Source of the DNA: Octopus bimaculoides
Lineage: Eukaryota
Length of the DNA stretch: 64,000 nt
NCBI RefSeq assembly: GCF_001194135.2
Contig: NC_069005.1
Span: 9,266,808-9,330,807 of the forward strand
Reading direction: 5' to 3'
Position numbers and translations under genes: made by a program. The notes beneath the pieces are model-generated. The model had not been told where the DNA came from, did no database searches, and saw only the letters and a list, made by a program, of their open reading frames with translations. This document shows, piece after piece, positions 36,050 to 49,934 of the stretch. Position 1 is the stretch's first letter; the number at the start of each line of letters is the position of its first letter.

Positions 36050-36504
36050 ATCTATATATCTATTTATCTATCTATCTATCTATCTATCAGCCTGTCCATT
36101 TGTTTATCTGTCTAACTATCTATTGATCTGCCTGTCAGTCTGTTCTTTTGTCCATCTGTCTGTCCATCCGTCGTCTATCTATCTTTGAGTCTATCTGTCA
36201 GTCTATCTGTCTATCTGTGAATCTGCTCATTTATATCCATTGATCTGTCTATCAAACTAACTGCTTACTTATCTTTCTCCCTCTCTCTGTCTGTCTATTT
36301 ATCTTCCTATCCTATCTGTTGGTCTGTCTGTCTATCAGTCTGTCTGTCTGTCTGTCTTTCTGTCTAACTATCTATTGATCTGCCTGTCGGTCCGTCTTTT
36401 TGTCCATCCATCCTTGGGTCTATCTATCAATCTATCTGTCTATCTGTGAATCTGTCCATTTATACTTATTGATCTATCAAACTACCTGTCTATCTCTCTC
36501 TCTG

Positions 36505-36538
<34 letters not shown>

Positions 36539-36568
36539 CCTCTCTCTGTCCCTCTCTCTCTCTCTCTG

Positions 36569-36612
<44 letters not shown>

Positions 36613-36876
36613 CCTCTCTGCCCCCCCTCTCTCTATCTATCTATCTATCTATCTATCTTCCTATACGCATGTCTACCATGTTCTGCAGTGAAATATCTCC
36701 TGCAATACAATAATAAAATCCTCGATTTCTTTCATTGCAATTAATGTAATCACACAGTATTGCCGCTTCTGCATTCCCCCTGGAACTTCTCTGTGACACC
36801 GACCTTATTCAGGAATCAATGGGAGATCGGATTAAACGGAACTGTTGAATGAAAGAAAATTCTACAGCACAGAAAT

Positions 36877-36914
<38 letters not shown>

Positions 36915-37430
36915 GCACATATGCACATATGCACACACTCTCACATGCATACAAATATATACACATGGTCACACTCACATACATCATATGCATATATACG
37001 TGCACATATGCACACTGATACATGTACGCCTTCATGTACATGTGTACACACACATACACTCAATGTACACACACATACTCACACATGCATGCAAATATAC
37101 ACACATGGTTGCACACATGCATCATGCATACACACATATATGCATGTGTATATGCACACTGATACATGTACGCCTTCATGTACATGCATACACAAACATG
37201 TGTACACGCATGCACAGACATGCATGAACACATGCACACACATACACACACATCAATACAAATATATACACACGGTTGCACACAGATGCATACACATATA
37301 TGCATGTGCACACTGATACATGTTGACACGTGTTGATACATGTTGACACTCATGCACATGCATACACACTTACACAAAAACACAGGTGCACACATATACA
37401 AACAGGCATGCACACACTCATACACACACA
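36050..37430. repeat. Cryptic microsatellite-derived blocks with ~250-bp (36113/36363) and ~140-bp (37008/37152) internal duplications
   Basis: Repeated ctaactatctattgatctgcctgtc and tgcacactgatacatgtacgccttcatgtacatg; includes a unique island at 36690-36850. Confidence 0.75.
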
Positions 37431-38014
37431 CACAGAGTCAGAAATATGAAGCACTTTGGCGTATAAGACTTGCAGGAAGGTGTTGGTAAATTTAAGGTGT
37501 TGAACACTACAGCATCCTGAAGATTCGGAGCGGCAGAGATCTAATGACTCTCATGAGAGTAGAAAATCTTCATTAAATGTTTATGGTTCTTAGTGATAAA
37601 AAAACAAACAAACAATAAACAAAAGAAAAAAGGCATTGGAAATGAAAGACCATCCTTTGTTCCAAGGAATCCAAATATCTAAACTCTGAGATGTGATAAG
37701 ATGCTCATCGCATCTGCAGTTGTCTATGCGACATAAGGACAAGTGTGGCTGTGTGGTTAAGAAGGTTGCTTTGCAACTGTGCTGTTTGGGGTTCAGTCTC
37801 ACTGCGTGGCACGTGGTGCAAGTGTTGTCTACTCTAGCTCCAACGTGACCAAATCTGTTACAGTCGTAAACGAGAGTCCCTGTGATGCTAGCAGTGTCCT
37901 ACATTGCTGATATGTCAGGTCGTTATCATCATCATCATTAATTGAAAGAAACACAGAGCATCTCGACAGAAATATGGTAACAAAAGGATTAATAACAACA
38001 ACAACAACAACAAC

Positions 38015-38375
38015 AATAATCCTTTCTACTAAAGGCACCAAGGGGTGGGGGACTAGTTGATTACATGGACCCCAGTGTTTCACTGGTACCCTATCGTTTA
38101 TGTTACCAATATTTATTTCTTTATTGCCAACAGGAGGCTAAACATAGAGGGGACAAACAAGGACAGACGAAGTGATTAAGTCGATTACATCGAACCCGCC
38201 CCCCCCCCTCTTCAGAGCATGAGTTTATAACTGGTACTTATTTAACCCACCCCGAAAGGATGAAAGGCAAAGTCGACCTCAGCCGGATTTGAACTGGGAA
38301 CATAAAGACAGACAAAATGCCGCTAAGCTTTTAGCCTAGTGTGCTAATGATTCTCCTAGCTCACTACCTTAATAA
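38015..38375 (-). mobile_element. Two S2 SINE pieces
   Basis: Reverse complement of the S2 core (gatgaaaggcaaagtcgacctc). Confidence 0.75.
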
Positions 38376-38388
38376 TAACAACAACAAC

Positions 38389-38441
<53 letters not shown>

Positions 38442-38748
38442 GTCTAATCAATAACAATGGTCTTTGTTACTATTAAGATGAAATATCAAACAGCATTTAA
38501 AGATTCTGCTTTTCTAATATTTCTTTCATCCGCATATTTTAATGTTTATGCTTCCGTTCTTTGTCTTTCGTTTTTTTTTGTCTTTTTCTTTTTTGTTTGG
38601 TAAATTTTGTTTTTACCTATTTCTCTATTTCCCTGATTCTTTCCTTCTTTCTTTGTTTGGCTGCCTGCCTGTCTGTCTGTCCTTCCTTTCTTCCGTCTTT
38701 GAAGTCACCTTACATGTCTAATGTATTTCCTGACTGTTGTGGATTCAG

Positions 38749-38783
<35 letters not shown>

Positions 38784-39789
38784 CTCTCTCTTTCTCTCTC
38801 ACTTTCATGCTACAAAAACCACAGTTACCTGGAGTGTGTAAGTCTGTGCATCTATTGTGTGTGTGTGTGTCTGTTTGTGACATTCCGATTTATTCCAGGT
38901 TTTCATTGTTATAAATCTGCTGTTTGTGTAGAAACACATATACGTACATACATATGTACACACACACACACATTCACACACACTAAGACATATTTACACT
39001 CATATATGTGTCACAGAGCATATTAGTATATATATATATTTATATATATATATATCTATATATATATATTGTTTTTATTCTTACATTTCCAATTTATATA
39101 TATACATATGTATATATATATGTATATACAAGCTCAACATATTACATAGACATGTGTGAGTCACAATGCATATTAATACACACACAAACACACACACACA
39201 AATACACACACACACAGATATATATTCACACATATTACACAAACACACAGACAGACATATAAAAATATTCATACACACCACATACATAAACACACACACA
39301 TGTATATATATATGTGCATATATATATACATATAATACATATGAAAATATACACACATGTGTTTGTGTGTATATATATATAAATATATATATACACATTA
39401 TATACATATATATGTGTGTGTGTGTGTGTATGTATATATATATACATATACATATATATATGTGTGTGTGTGCGTGTATATCTATTTATCTCTCTCTCTC
39501 TATATATATATAAATATATATATGTATATATATAATGTGCAAACACATACATAGCACATACATACACATACATGTATGCACACACACACACACACACACA
39601 CGTATATATAACTATATATATATAACCATCTGTACATATATATATATATTTTAGTATGTAATATTTTAAAATTTGACAGTGGCAGTTCTATAAAATTCCC
39701 AGACAGCCGTGTGCACACGCTCCGATGCCTGTGCTTGTCTCTGTCTCTCTATGTGCCTGAACATGTGCTTCTTTGAGAATATATATACA

Positions 39790-39843
<54 letters not shown>

Positions 39844-40204
39844 TATATATATGTGTGTGTCTAAGTGCCACACTTTGGGTTGATCACTGATGTATCAACG
39901 AAAGTGTTCGTTATTCACCGAATGGGAATGTTTTATTTCTTTGTATTTCCAATGCCTGAATTAAATGTTCAGCAAGTTTTTTCTCTTCTCTTTTATTTTA
40001 TTTAAATTGCTGACTTGTCTCTCTCTCTCCATGCAATTCCTCGCTTCCCTTCCTTGTTGCTTGTTGCTTCTCATTCCTATTTAATTCTTTGAATAAAGGC
40101 AAAAAAAAAACCCCCAAAAAAATCCCGACAAAAATAAGTCTGTAGATTAATAGAGTTGGTACAGATTTTGGTGTGAGAGAGCATAGCCTACTTGTTACAG
40201 TTCA

Positions 40205-40432
40205 TCATCATCGTTGTTTAACGTCTGCTTTCCATGCTAGCATGGGTTGGACGATTTGACTAAGGACTGGTGAACCAGATGGCTACATCAGGCTCCAATC
40301 TGATCTGGCAGAGTTTCTACAGCTTTAGGTGTTTTCACTCAATAAACACTCACAATGCCTGGTCTGGGAATTGAAACTGCAATCCTAAACCATGAGTCCG
40401 CTGCCCTAACCACTGGGCCATTGCGCCTCCAC
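40205..40432 (-). mobile_element. (GAT)n-tailed repeat end (40205-40325) fused to an S3 SINE head (40326-40432)
   Basis: Matches the 48765-48945 and 62105 families. Confidence 0.75.
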
Positions 40433-40699
40433 ATATACCTACCATTATATACTCTCTCTCTCTCTCTCTCTCTCTCTCNNNNNNNNNNNNNNNNNNNNNN
40501 NNNNNNNNNNNNNNNNNNNNNNNNNNNNNNNNNNNNNNNNNNNNNNNNNNNNNNNNNNNNNNNNNNNNNNNNNNNNNNNNNNNNNNNNNNNNNNNNNNNN
40601 NNNNNNNNNNNNNNNNNNNNNNNNNNNNNNNNNNNNNNNNNNNNNNNNNNNNNNNNNNNNNNNNNATATATATACACACGTATGAGTGTGTGTATATGT

Positions 40700-41395
40700 G
40701 AGAGCAGGTGCATGGTGAGAGTGTTGCACTATAGATCTCGAGATCATGGTTTCAATTCCTAGTCTGGGTGGTGTATTGTGTACTTGAGTAAAAACACTTT
40801 ATCTCATGTTGCTCTGTGATCACCTTAACACCTGAGATGAGGTGCACCATGCACCTGTTCAGGTAACGTTGATTGGATGACGGGAATGAGCTGATGCACA
40901 GCACAAACATTTGATCTCTATAAATGAATTAATTGCATTGGTCGTTTAGCAAGGAATTGCAGAACCGTTTTTCTTGGACTATGAGAAACTACATGAGTTA
41001 ATTCAATGAACCTGGTTGCAGTGGTGTTTAAACAAATGCATTCTTATGCTTGGAAATCTAACAGAAATCTATTTGTGTGCATGCATGCATGTAGGAATTG
41101 CATGTGGCCTAGTGGTGAGGGTGTTACACTCACAGCTGTAAGATCATGGTTTCAGTTCCTAATCTGTGTGGTGCACTGTGCCCTTGAGCAAAACACTTAA
41201 TCTCATGTTGCGCTGTAAAGACTTCAATACCTGATATATAGTACACCGTGCACCTGTTCAAGCAATGGTGAGTTGATGCCAGGTGTGAGTGGATGTGAAG
41301 CACAAACATTTGATTACTATAAGCAAATTATTTGTGCAGGTTTGTTCAGCAAGAAAAAAGCAGAACTGTTTCTCTCAAAACTATGAGAGGCTACC
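40700..41395 (+). mobile_element. Two CpG-decayed copies of the 11611 SINE family (40700-40960, 41095-41395)
   Basis: gcacaaacatttgat...ataa..aa.ta.ttgtgcagg body shared with the 11611 copy. Confidence 0.75.
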
Positions 41396-42099
41396 GTCAT
41401 ATAGCATTTGACTGAATAGGCCTCAAGATATATGTTTTCAACTATCTGCAGCTCAGCAGTTCAAGTCCAGCCAAGGTGAACATTGCCTTTTGCCATTTTG
41501 AGGCCAATGAAAAAAAAAGAAACTTAAAAAATGGTACCATGGCCACAGGTGTGGCTGTGTGGTAACAAGATTGTTCTCTTTTTTTTTTTTTTGTTTTTAA
41601 AAAAAAAGAAAGAAAGAAACAAGTGTTGTGGGATTTGATTTGTTCAGAAAAAAAAAGTTCAAAGCAGTGCTCCAGCATGGCCGCAGCCCAATAAATGATA
41701 CAAGTAAAGCAATAAAAGATACGAGATTACATTATTTGCTGCATCCTTCCCTTTTGTTTTAAAGTGACAGTGAGTCAACTGAGGAAGGCCTGGCTGCTAT
41801 TTCTAACATGTCAAACAACCTGTACAAGCTTCTTCACTGATTTGTGGCTGGCTGTTGTTGTTGTTGTTTTACCCCAGATCAACTGCTGTTTGTTTGTTTA
41901 TGTCCATGTGTCTGTGATGAACAAGCTCTGCTATCAAAGGTATTTGAACTTGTGTCTGGGCTGGCCATATGTAACATAGCATTATCTTTTCCTTTTGAAG
42001 AGAGTAAAGTTGGGGTTTGAGGAAGACTTAGCTGCTATATCTAGCACATATATTGGCCCTATTGGAGTGTGATTAGCGTTGGCCTAAAATAAATATGTA

Positions 42100-42567
42100 A
42101 TGTAGGTTTGTGTGCAAAATCTCTTGCATTTGAGAACATGTGCATATATGTGCTTAGGTCTGCAATTGTGCACTCTAGTATATATGTGTGTGTGTGTATG
42201 TGTGTGAATATATATATATATATGTATGTATGCATGTATGTATATATATCTTATTATGTGTACGTGATTTTTTGTTTGTATGTCATTAAAGCTATATGCA
42301 AGTGAACATAAATATATGGATAAATATATATGTATAGGTATAGATATGCAAATATATATGTATATGTGCATGTGTGTGTGTGCATATATATATATATATA
42401 TGTCTGTATGTTTGTGTGTGTGTTTATATATATTTGTGAATATTTATATGTACATCTGTTTATAAATGTATTTTTGTGTATGCGCATACGTATATATATT
42501 ATATGAATATTTATATGTATATATGTATATATATGTTCATGTGTATGTATATACAGGTACATATGTA

Positions 42568-42633
<66 letters not shown>

Positions 42634-43068
42634 CACATATATATATGTATTTATGTGTATGTATATATATATATGTGAATATTTATGTTTATATATATAT
42701 TTATGTGTATGTATGTGTGTAGATATATATATGTATATATGCATGTAAAGGTACGCATATATACATGTGTGTATTTATATATATATGTATATATATGTAG
42801 ATATGTATACAGAAATGTAGATATTATATGCATACATATATTTGTATGTATATATATATGCATGTATTATACACAACACACACACACACATACACATAAC
42901 TGAATATGTGTTTCTCCACTGATTTTCAATCTGCATTCTACATTTACCATACAGCACATTTATTAAAACCACTCTCAACTTTTTTTTTTTGCAGTCATAG
43001 CTTTTCATATATATACACTCATAAATATATATACATGCATACATACATACATACATACATATATACAT

Positions 43069-43118
<50 letters not shown>

Positions 43119-43120
43119 NN
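42100..43120. repeat. (TA)n/(TATG)n/(TG)n compound microsatellite
   Basis: Directly visible. Confidence 0.95.
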
Positions 43121-43580
43121 NNNNNNNNNNNNNNNNNNNNNNNNNNNNNNNNNNNNNNNNNNNNNNNNNNNNNNNNNNNNNNNNNNNNNNNNNNNNNNNN
43201 NNNNNNNNNNNNNNNNNNNNNNNNNNNNNNNNNNNNNNNNNNNNNNNNNNNNNNNNNNNNNNNNNNNNNNNNNNNNNNNNNNNNNNNNNNNNNNNNNNNN
43301 NNNNNNNNNNNNNNNNNNNNNNNNNNNNNNNNNNNNNNNNNNNNNNNNNNNNNNNNNNNNNNNNNNNNNNNNNNNNNNNNNNNNNNNNNNNNNNNNNNNN
43401 NNNNNNNNNNNNNNNNNNNNNNNNNNNNNNNNNNNNNNNNNNNNNNNNNNNNNNNNNNNNNNNNNNNNNNNNNNNNNNNNNNNNNNNNNNNNNNNNNNNN
43501 NNNNNNNNNNNNNNNNNNNNNNNNNTTGAATATTTTTTTTTCCGTTCCATGTTCATTTATATATTTATTTTTCTTTTGTT

Positions 43581-43627
<47 letters not shown>

Positions 43628-44009
43628 GTGAGCATTTCAGTGTTTCTGGCTGATGACTGTGTTTGCTTATGCATGTATGTAAATTTGTGTACATCTCTGT
43701 TTATGTCACTGCACATACATACACACACACACACATACATACACACACACATACACACATTTATACATGTTAATGTTTGTTTTTATGTAAAGTTATACAT
43801 TGTTATGTTATATATAGATTAAATTGAAGGATCACACAAACCATTTTAGAGTACCATGTTTATTAATTTCTACTTGGGAAAAGTTGATAGTGACTGCAAA
43901 GTTTCCTAGTGTTCATCAAACTAATGATGGTAAGTAAGCTAAGCTCATGTAACTGTTATCTTTATCTTTGTAAAAATAAATATATGTATTGTAATCATGT
44001 GATTACAAT

Positions 44010-44471
44010 CAGCACTATGGAATCGAAAGAAAAAAACTCTGACTCCTGTACTATTGGTACCTCCGATTCTGACTCCTCTTTATGTAATTAAGTGATTGTG
44101 GTCTGCATATCTCATAAAGCATATGCATATGCTTGTACTTTGACTAGGAGTGTATGTTATAACTGGTTTATTTTAAAGAATAAAGATGTTGTGAGTTGGA
44201 TTCAGAGGCGGTATAGTTTTACCGACTCCAACTCCAGTTACCCCTTAATTGGTTCCAACTCCTGCCCCATGACACTGACTCCGACTCCACGACTCTGACT
44301 TCCACTCCATGACTCTGACTCCGACTCCATGACTCTGGCCCCCACTCCATGACTCTGACTCCCACTCCATGACTCTGACTCCCACTCCATGACTCTGGCT
44401 CCCACTCCATGACTCTGACTCCCACTCCATGACTCTGACTCCATGACTCCTGCTCTGACTTCACAGCCCTG
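44010..44471. mobile_element. hAT-type non-autonomous element with perfect 8-bp TSD and an internal ~21-bp minisatellite
   Basis: attacaat at 44002-44009 and 44472-44479; TIR cagcactatggaatc / cagggctgtgaagtc; ccactccatgactctgact repeats at 44270-44460. Confidence 0.9.
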
Positions 44472-44504
44472 ATTACAATGTTGTGGGAAAGAATTTCAAT
44501 ATTG

Positions 44505-44970
44505 ATTCTTCAAGCTGAACCAACTGGTAAAAGATCTGGTGGGTAGACCGAGAATAAGCTGGTTGGAGAATACCATAGTCTCAGTTCATCACATTTAGGA
44601 ATGTCATGAAACGTTGCTATGGAGGAAGGGCCTGAGGACTTTTACTGCATGACTGGCAGGAGAGCTAGGGGCCAACCAGGAGCAAGTTGGTTGGATAATA
44701 TCTATAGTCTCAGTTGGCTAAGTTTAGGAATCTAACCAGAAAGTGTAACGAGATGTTGCTTCCAATAGGACCTTATGAAGAGGGTACCTGAAGACACTAC
44801 CCTATGACAGACAGGAGAGCTAGGGGTAGACCAGGAATGGGAGGGTTGGATGATATTCAGACTTGGGAATCCAGTTGGGATGTGTAACGGCAGTTGCTTC
44901 TGTATAGGACCCTATGGTGAGAGTACCTGAAGATGCTGCCCTATACCTGGCAGGCAATGATGATGATGAT
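44505..44970 (+). mobile_element. LINE 3' end: three tandem ~150-bp modules plus (GAT)n tail
   Basis: ILQAEPTGKRS/GRPRISWLEN; module starts at about 44505, 44651 and 44806. Confidence 0.75.
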
Positions 44971-45123
44971 GATGATAGAGAGATGAAGGGAATGCAAAAA
45001 AGTTGCTTGTGGGGATTTTACAGAGATGACGATGATAGTACTGGTGATTATGATGCTGGGGATGAATATTGCTTATTATGATGAAGATGATGGTAGTACC
45101 AATGATGGTGATGATGATGATGG

Positions 45124-45154
<31 letters not shown>

Positions 45155-45900
45155 GATGATGATGGTGATTATAGAGATTAGTAAAAATGTGAAAAAGTTG
45201 CTCAAGGTGATATTTACAGAGATGATGATGATGATGATGATGGTGGTAATAACTGATTGTAATGATTGATGTTCAAAAGCTTAGCAGGCAAAATTCTATG
45301 GAAAACTACCACCACAACATCTATCACCACAACCTCTACCACCACAACCTCTACCACCACCGCCACAACCACCACCACCACCACCACCAACAACAATAAC
45401 AGCAGCACTACCATCACCATCATTACCACCGTCACCAATATGACCATCATTAACACTAGAAACCCTCCACTGTCATTATCCCCTCCACCACATCGTCACT
45501 ACTGCTGTCATCACCACCACCAGTATCTCCCACACTCTCCTCCACCCCTGCCACCACCACCATCAGTGCCGCTGCCGCCACCACCACAATCACCACCACG
45601 ACGACTGCTGCTGCCACCATCACTACTACCACTGCCACCACTGCCACTGTCACCACCACCACTACTACTGCCACTGCCTCCACTACCACCACCACCACCA
45701 CCACTACCGCCGCCGCCACNNNNNNNNNNNNNNNNNNNNNNNNNNNNNNNNNNNNNNNNNNNNNNNNNNNNNNNNNNNNNNNNNNNNNNNNNNNNNNNNN
45801 NNACCACCACACTGCCACCACTGTCACTACCACCACTACCACCACCACCACCACACTGCCACCACTGCCACTACCACCACCACCACCACCACCACCACCA
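44950..45900. repeat. (GAT)n then (ACC)n/(CCA)n trinucleotide low-complexity block
   Basis: Directly visible; source of the poly-M/T/P/H ORFs. Confidence 0.9.
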
Positions 45901-46351
45901 TGGCAAGTATTCATTGACCTTTTGCTTTCCTTTAAAAATTGGCATGAACTTTCCGGACAACCCAATATGTGATTGGTACTATGTGATTGGTAAGCAAGCT
46001 ACTTATCACACAGCCACTCCCCTCCTGGGCCTATATATGTGTGTATATATGACAAGTATGTCAGAACTTCCAGAAACTATGTAGAACATAACCATGCTGT
46101 TAATATAGGATAGACAAACCCAAGAGAGCACCGCCACCGCTCCCATATGTACTTCATATCTCGTCTGTAATCACATGTAATGTCATTGGCCAGGACAGCA
46201 TAATCACCGATAGCTCAGTCCACCTAGTTGTAAATAGACACCACATAGAGTGCACTGCACTTATCTTTCCTTGCTCTGTGTCATGACAGCAGATTTAAAA
46301 TTGATAAGTTTTTCAGCAGCAAACACTTTTTTTTGTTTTTTTTTAGTGCGT

Positions 46352-46384
<33 letters not shown>

Positions 46385-47839
46385 TGTGTGTGTGTGTGTG
46401 TGTTTGTATATATGTTGCCTATTCTGTGTATGTTCGTGTGCATACATGTTTGGGTTTTTCTTTTTTCCCCTCCGACATTCATAGATGCATACATACACTC
46501 AGACATACACACACACAAATACACTCAGATTTATTTATACACATGCATTCACATTCACAACGGCACAATCACACACACACACACACACATATATACACGT
46601 GTGTACATTGCTCATCTGCAACACATACACACACAATATACATATGTATATTTCTGCATTCACATCTAATATGTGCATATAAAATGTTGTCTATATACAT
46701 ACATACATATGTATTCATATATATGTGTGTATGTGTGTGTATACATATGGATACATAAACATATTACATAATCTATGTATATANNNNNNNNNNNNNNNNN
46801 NNNNNNNNNNNNNNNNNNNNNNNNNNNNNNNNNNNNNNNNNNNNNNNNNNNNNNNNNNNNNNNNNNNNNNNNNNNNNNNNNNNNNNNNNNNNNNNNNNNN
46901 NNNNNNNNNNNNNNNNNNNNNNNNNNNNNNNNNNNNNNNNNNNNNNNNNNNNNNNNNNNNNNNNNNNNNNNNNNNNNNNNNNNNNNNNNNNNNNNNNNNN
47001 NNNNNNNNNNNNNNNNNNNNNNNNNNNNNNNNNNNNNNNNNNNNNNNNNNNNNNNNNNNNNNNNNNNNNNNNNNNNNNNNNNNNNNNNNNNNNNNNNNNN
47101 NNNNNNNNNNNNNNNNNNNNNNNNNNNNNNNNNNNNNNNNNNNNNNNNNNNNNNNNNNNNNNNNNNNNNNNNNNNNNNNNNNNNNNNNNNNNNNNNNNNN
47201 NNNNNNNNNNNNNNNNNNNNNNNNNNNNNNNNNNNNNNNNNNNNNNNNNNNNNNNNNNNNNNNNNNNNNNNNNNNNNNNNNNNNNNNNNNNNNNNNNNNN
47301 NNNNNNNNNNNNNNNNNNNNNNNNNNNNNNNNNNNNNNNNNNNNNNNNNNNNNNNNNNNNNNNNNNNNNNNNNNNNNNNNNNNNNNNNNNNNNNNNNNNN
47401 NNNNNNNNNNNNNNNNNNNNNNNNNNNNNNNNNNNNNNNNNNNNNNNNNNNNNNNNNNNNNNNNNNNNNNNNNNNNNNNNNNNNNNNNNNNNNNNNNNNN
47501 NNNNNNNNNNNNNNNNNNNNNNNNNNNNNNNNNNNNNNNNNNNNNNNNNNNNNNNNNNNNNNNNNNNNNNNNNNNNNNNNNNNNNNNNNNNNNNNNNNNN
47601 NNNNNNNNNNNNNNNNNNNNNNNNNNNNNNNNNNNNNNNCACACAAATGTGCATGTGTGTGTGTTAGTGTGTGTGCGTATTTATATATGTCTCACTAGAT
47701 ATATATATGTATTTACAAATATATGTATATATATATATATATACATATACACAAACACACAAATGTGCATGTGTGTGTGTTAGTGTGTGTGCGTATTTAT
47801 ATATGTCTCACTAGATATATATATGTATTTACAAATATA

Positions 47840-47870
<31 letters not shown>

Positions 47871-48158
47871 GCGTATTTGTGTATTTTTATGTCTGCATAT
47901 ACTTATATATATATATGCAAATGTATGTATAAGGACATATATACATGTTTATAAATATGTGTGTGTGTGTGTACGTACAAATGTGACTATATATAAATAT
48001 ATATGTCCACATATATGTACGTATGTATGTATGTATGTATATATGTATGCACACACATACATGTGCGATCACACACACATATGTATATATATATATATAT
48101 GTCATCATCATCATCATCCTTTAACGTCCGTTTTCCATGGTAGCATGGGTTAGCCTTA

Positions 48159-48219
48159 AAAAGCTGCCAGCAGGCAGCTACAGAGAATCGAAATTTGTAG
48201 CTGCCTGCTGGCAACTTTT
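48159..48219. other. 61-nt near-perfect hairpin
   Basis: Arms 48159-48182 / 48196-48219 pair 23 of 24; 13-nt loop. Confidence 0.85.
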
Positions 48220-48764
48220 ACAATTTTCTTCCTTGTTTTGAGTCCTTTGTGTGGAACTGTGTTCTTTTCAGATAACCCCAGTATTGTTACATATTTGTCA
48301 TTGTGAACCTCATGGTATCGGGTTCAGTCCTACCGTGTGCCAGCTTGAGTGTTTGTCTTCTACCATGATAACTCTGGGCTGACCAAAGCCTTGTGAATGG
48401 AGAGGACCTAGGACCTTTTTAACTGCAGTATAAGTCTGCAAGAAAATTAATACACAGGGTCCTATAATCCACAGATCAGAATTGGTCAGCTAGACTCATG
48501 GGTCCTGTAAGCAACTGCCCTGATTACCCAGGCTTGAAGACGGCACCAAATTCCCTGGCAGATGTGTGTGTGTGTGTATATGCATGCATGTGGGTGTATG
48601 TGTATTTATTTTAATATTTGATGTTAATTAAAGTCATAAATTAGAAATATGATATAGCTGGTATTGCTTGTTTGCAGTCATCATCACCATCATCATTCTC
48701 CTCATCATCATGCATACAATACACCCTCCCCTTCCTCCCCCCTCCTCCTCCTCCTCCTCATCAT

Positions 48765-49140
48765 CATCATCGTTTAACGTCCGCTTTCCATGCTAGCATG
48801 GGTTGGACGATTTGACTGAGGACTGGTGAACCAGATGGCTACGCCAGGCTCCAATCCGATTTGGCAGAGTTTCTACAGCTGGATGCCCTTCCTAACGCCA
48901 ACCACTCCGAGAGTGTAGTGGATGCTTTTACGTGCCACTGGCACGTGTGCGTGTGTGTCTTTGTGTTTGGGTTTGTCTCCCACCACCACTTGACAACCGG
49001 TGTTTGTTTGTTTACGTCCCCATAACTCAGTGGTTCAACAAAGGAGACCAAAAGGTTAGGCAGCAGGATTCATTCAACTAAGAAATTCTTCAAGGTGGTG
49101 CCCCAGCATGGACACAATCTAATGACTGAAACGATTAAGA
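48765..49140. mobile_element. Young (GAT)n-tailed repeat end (-, 48765-48945) followed by an S1 body (+)
   Basis: catcatcgtttaacgtccgctttccatgctagcatgggttggacg; CpGs intact. Confidence 0.8.
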
Positions 49141-49159
49141 TAAGATATTAATATATATA

Positions 49160-49195
<36 letters not shown>

Positions 49196-49875
49196 TAAAT
49201 GCAGAAACCAAACTGGTACTTTACCAATTCTTCTATCTCAAAGCTTACGTTCAGAAAATTTCTTTATTCTTGCATATTTCGTATTTTTTTAAGAATCTCA
49301 GTTGAACCAAATATCTCCTCCCACTCTTCCCCTCCCTCCCCCTCTCACTTCTGCTTTTGTTTTTATTTTTTGATTGTGTTTTCTTTCTTTCTATTTCTTC
49401 TTCATGGATATAAATGTTGTTTGATCGAATGCTCAATGGGTTGGAAACCTCTACGACTGGAGTCAAGCTGAATCAATGATGCCATTGTCCTCCTTCCCAC
49501 CCACTCTCTTCTTCCTCACGCCTCACTTTCTTTGTCTCATACACACACAGACACACACACACACGAGAAAATAATGTCCAAATTGCATATTTACCAACTG
49601 AATACAGGAGAAAGTGATCAGAGGATAAAATCTACTCTCTTAGAATTCACATATGCGTCTGTGTATGTAAAATCGTCTGCATGCATGTGTGTGCGCGCAG
49701 GCGCGCGCGCGTGTGTGTATATATTTAAATATTTATATTTATGTACACTCATATATACATGTGAATAAATGAGGGTGTATGTGTGTATAGCGCCAAGAGA
49801 CTCCAAAATGGTGCGTCCTCAAGAAAATCTGCGTCCCAAAAGGAAGGGGATTCGGTTATAATATGTATATATGTA

Positions 49876-49934
<59 letters not shown>

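Noticed and set aside
36690-36842. Minus-strand frame with a single in-frame TGA (selenoprotein or readthrough idea)
   Set aside because: No redox motif, no SECIS seen, no recognisable homology
41878-43935. Isolated + strand splice signals (62-nt AG/GT segment at 41878-41939; GTAAGT donor near 43930; TACTAAC near 50572)
   Set aside because: No consistent frame or recognisable peptide; such motifs are common in AT-rich DNA
45266-46084. 272-aa Thr/Pro/His-rich ORF
   Set aside because: Built from (ACC/CCA)n slippage, spans a gap and runs into SINE fragments
47640-47860. ~119-bp tandem duplication
   Set aside because: Immediately next to a large gap in low-complexity DNA; likely assembly artefact or trivial slippage
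48161-48215. Assignment of the hairpin to miR-22/745
   Set aside because: Only the 7-nt seed matches; the conserved GAAG..CUG 3' part of that family is absent
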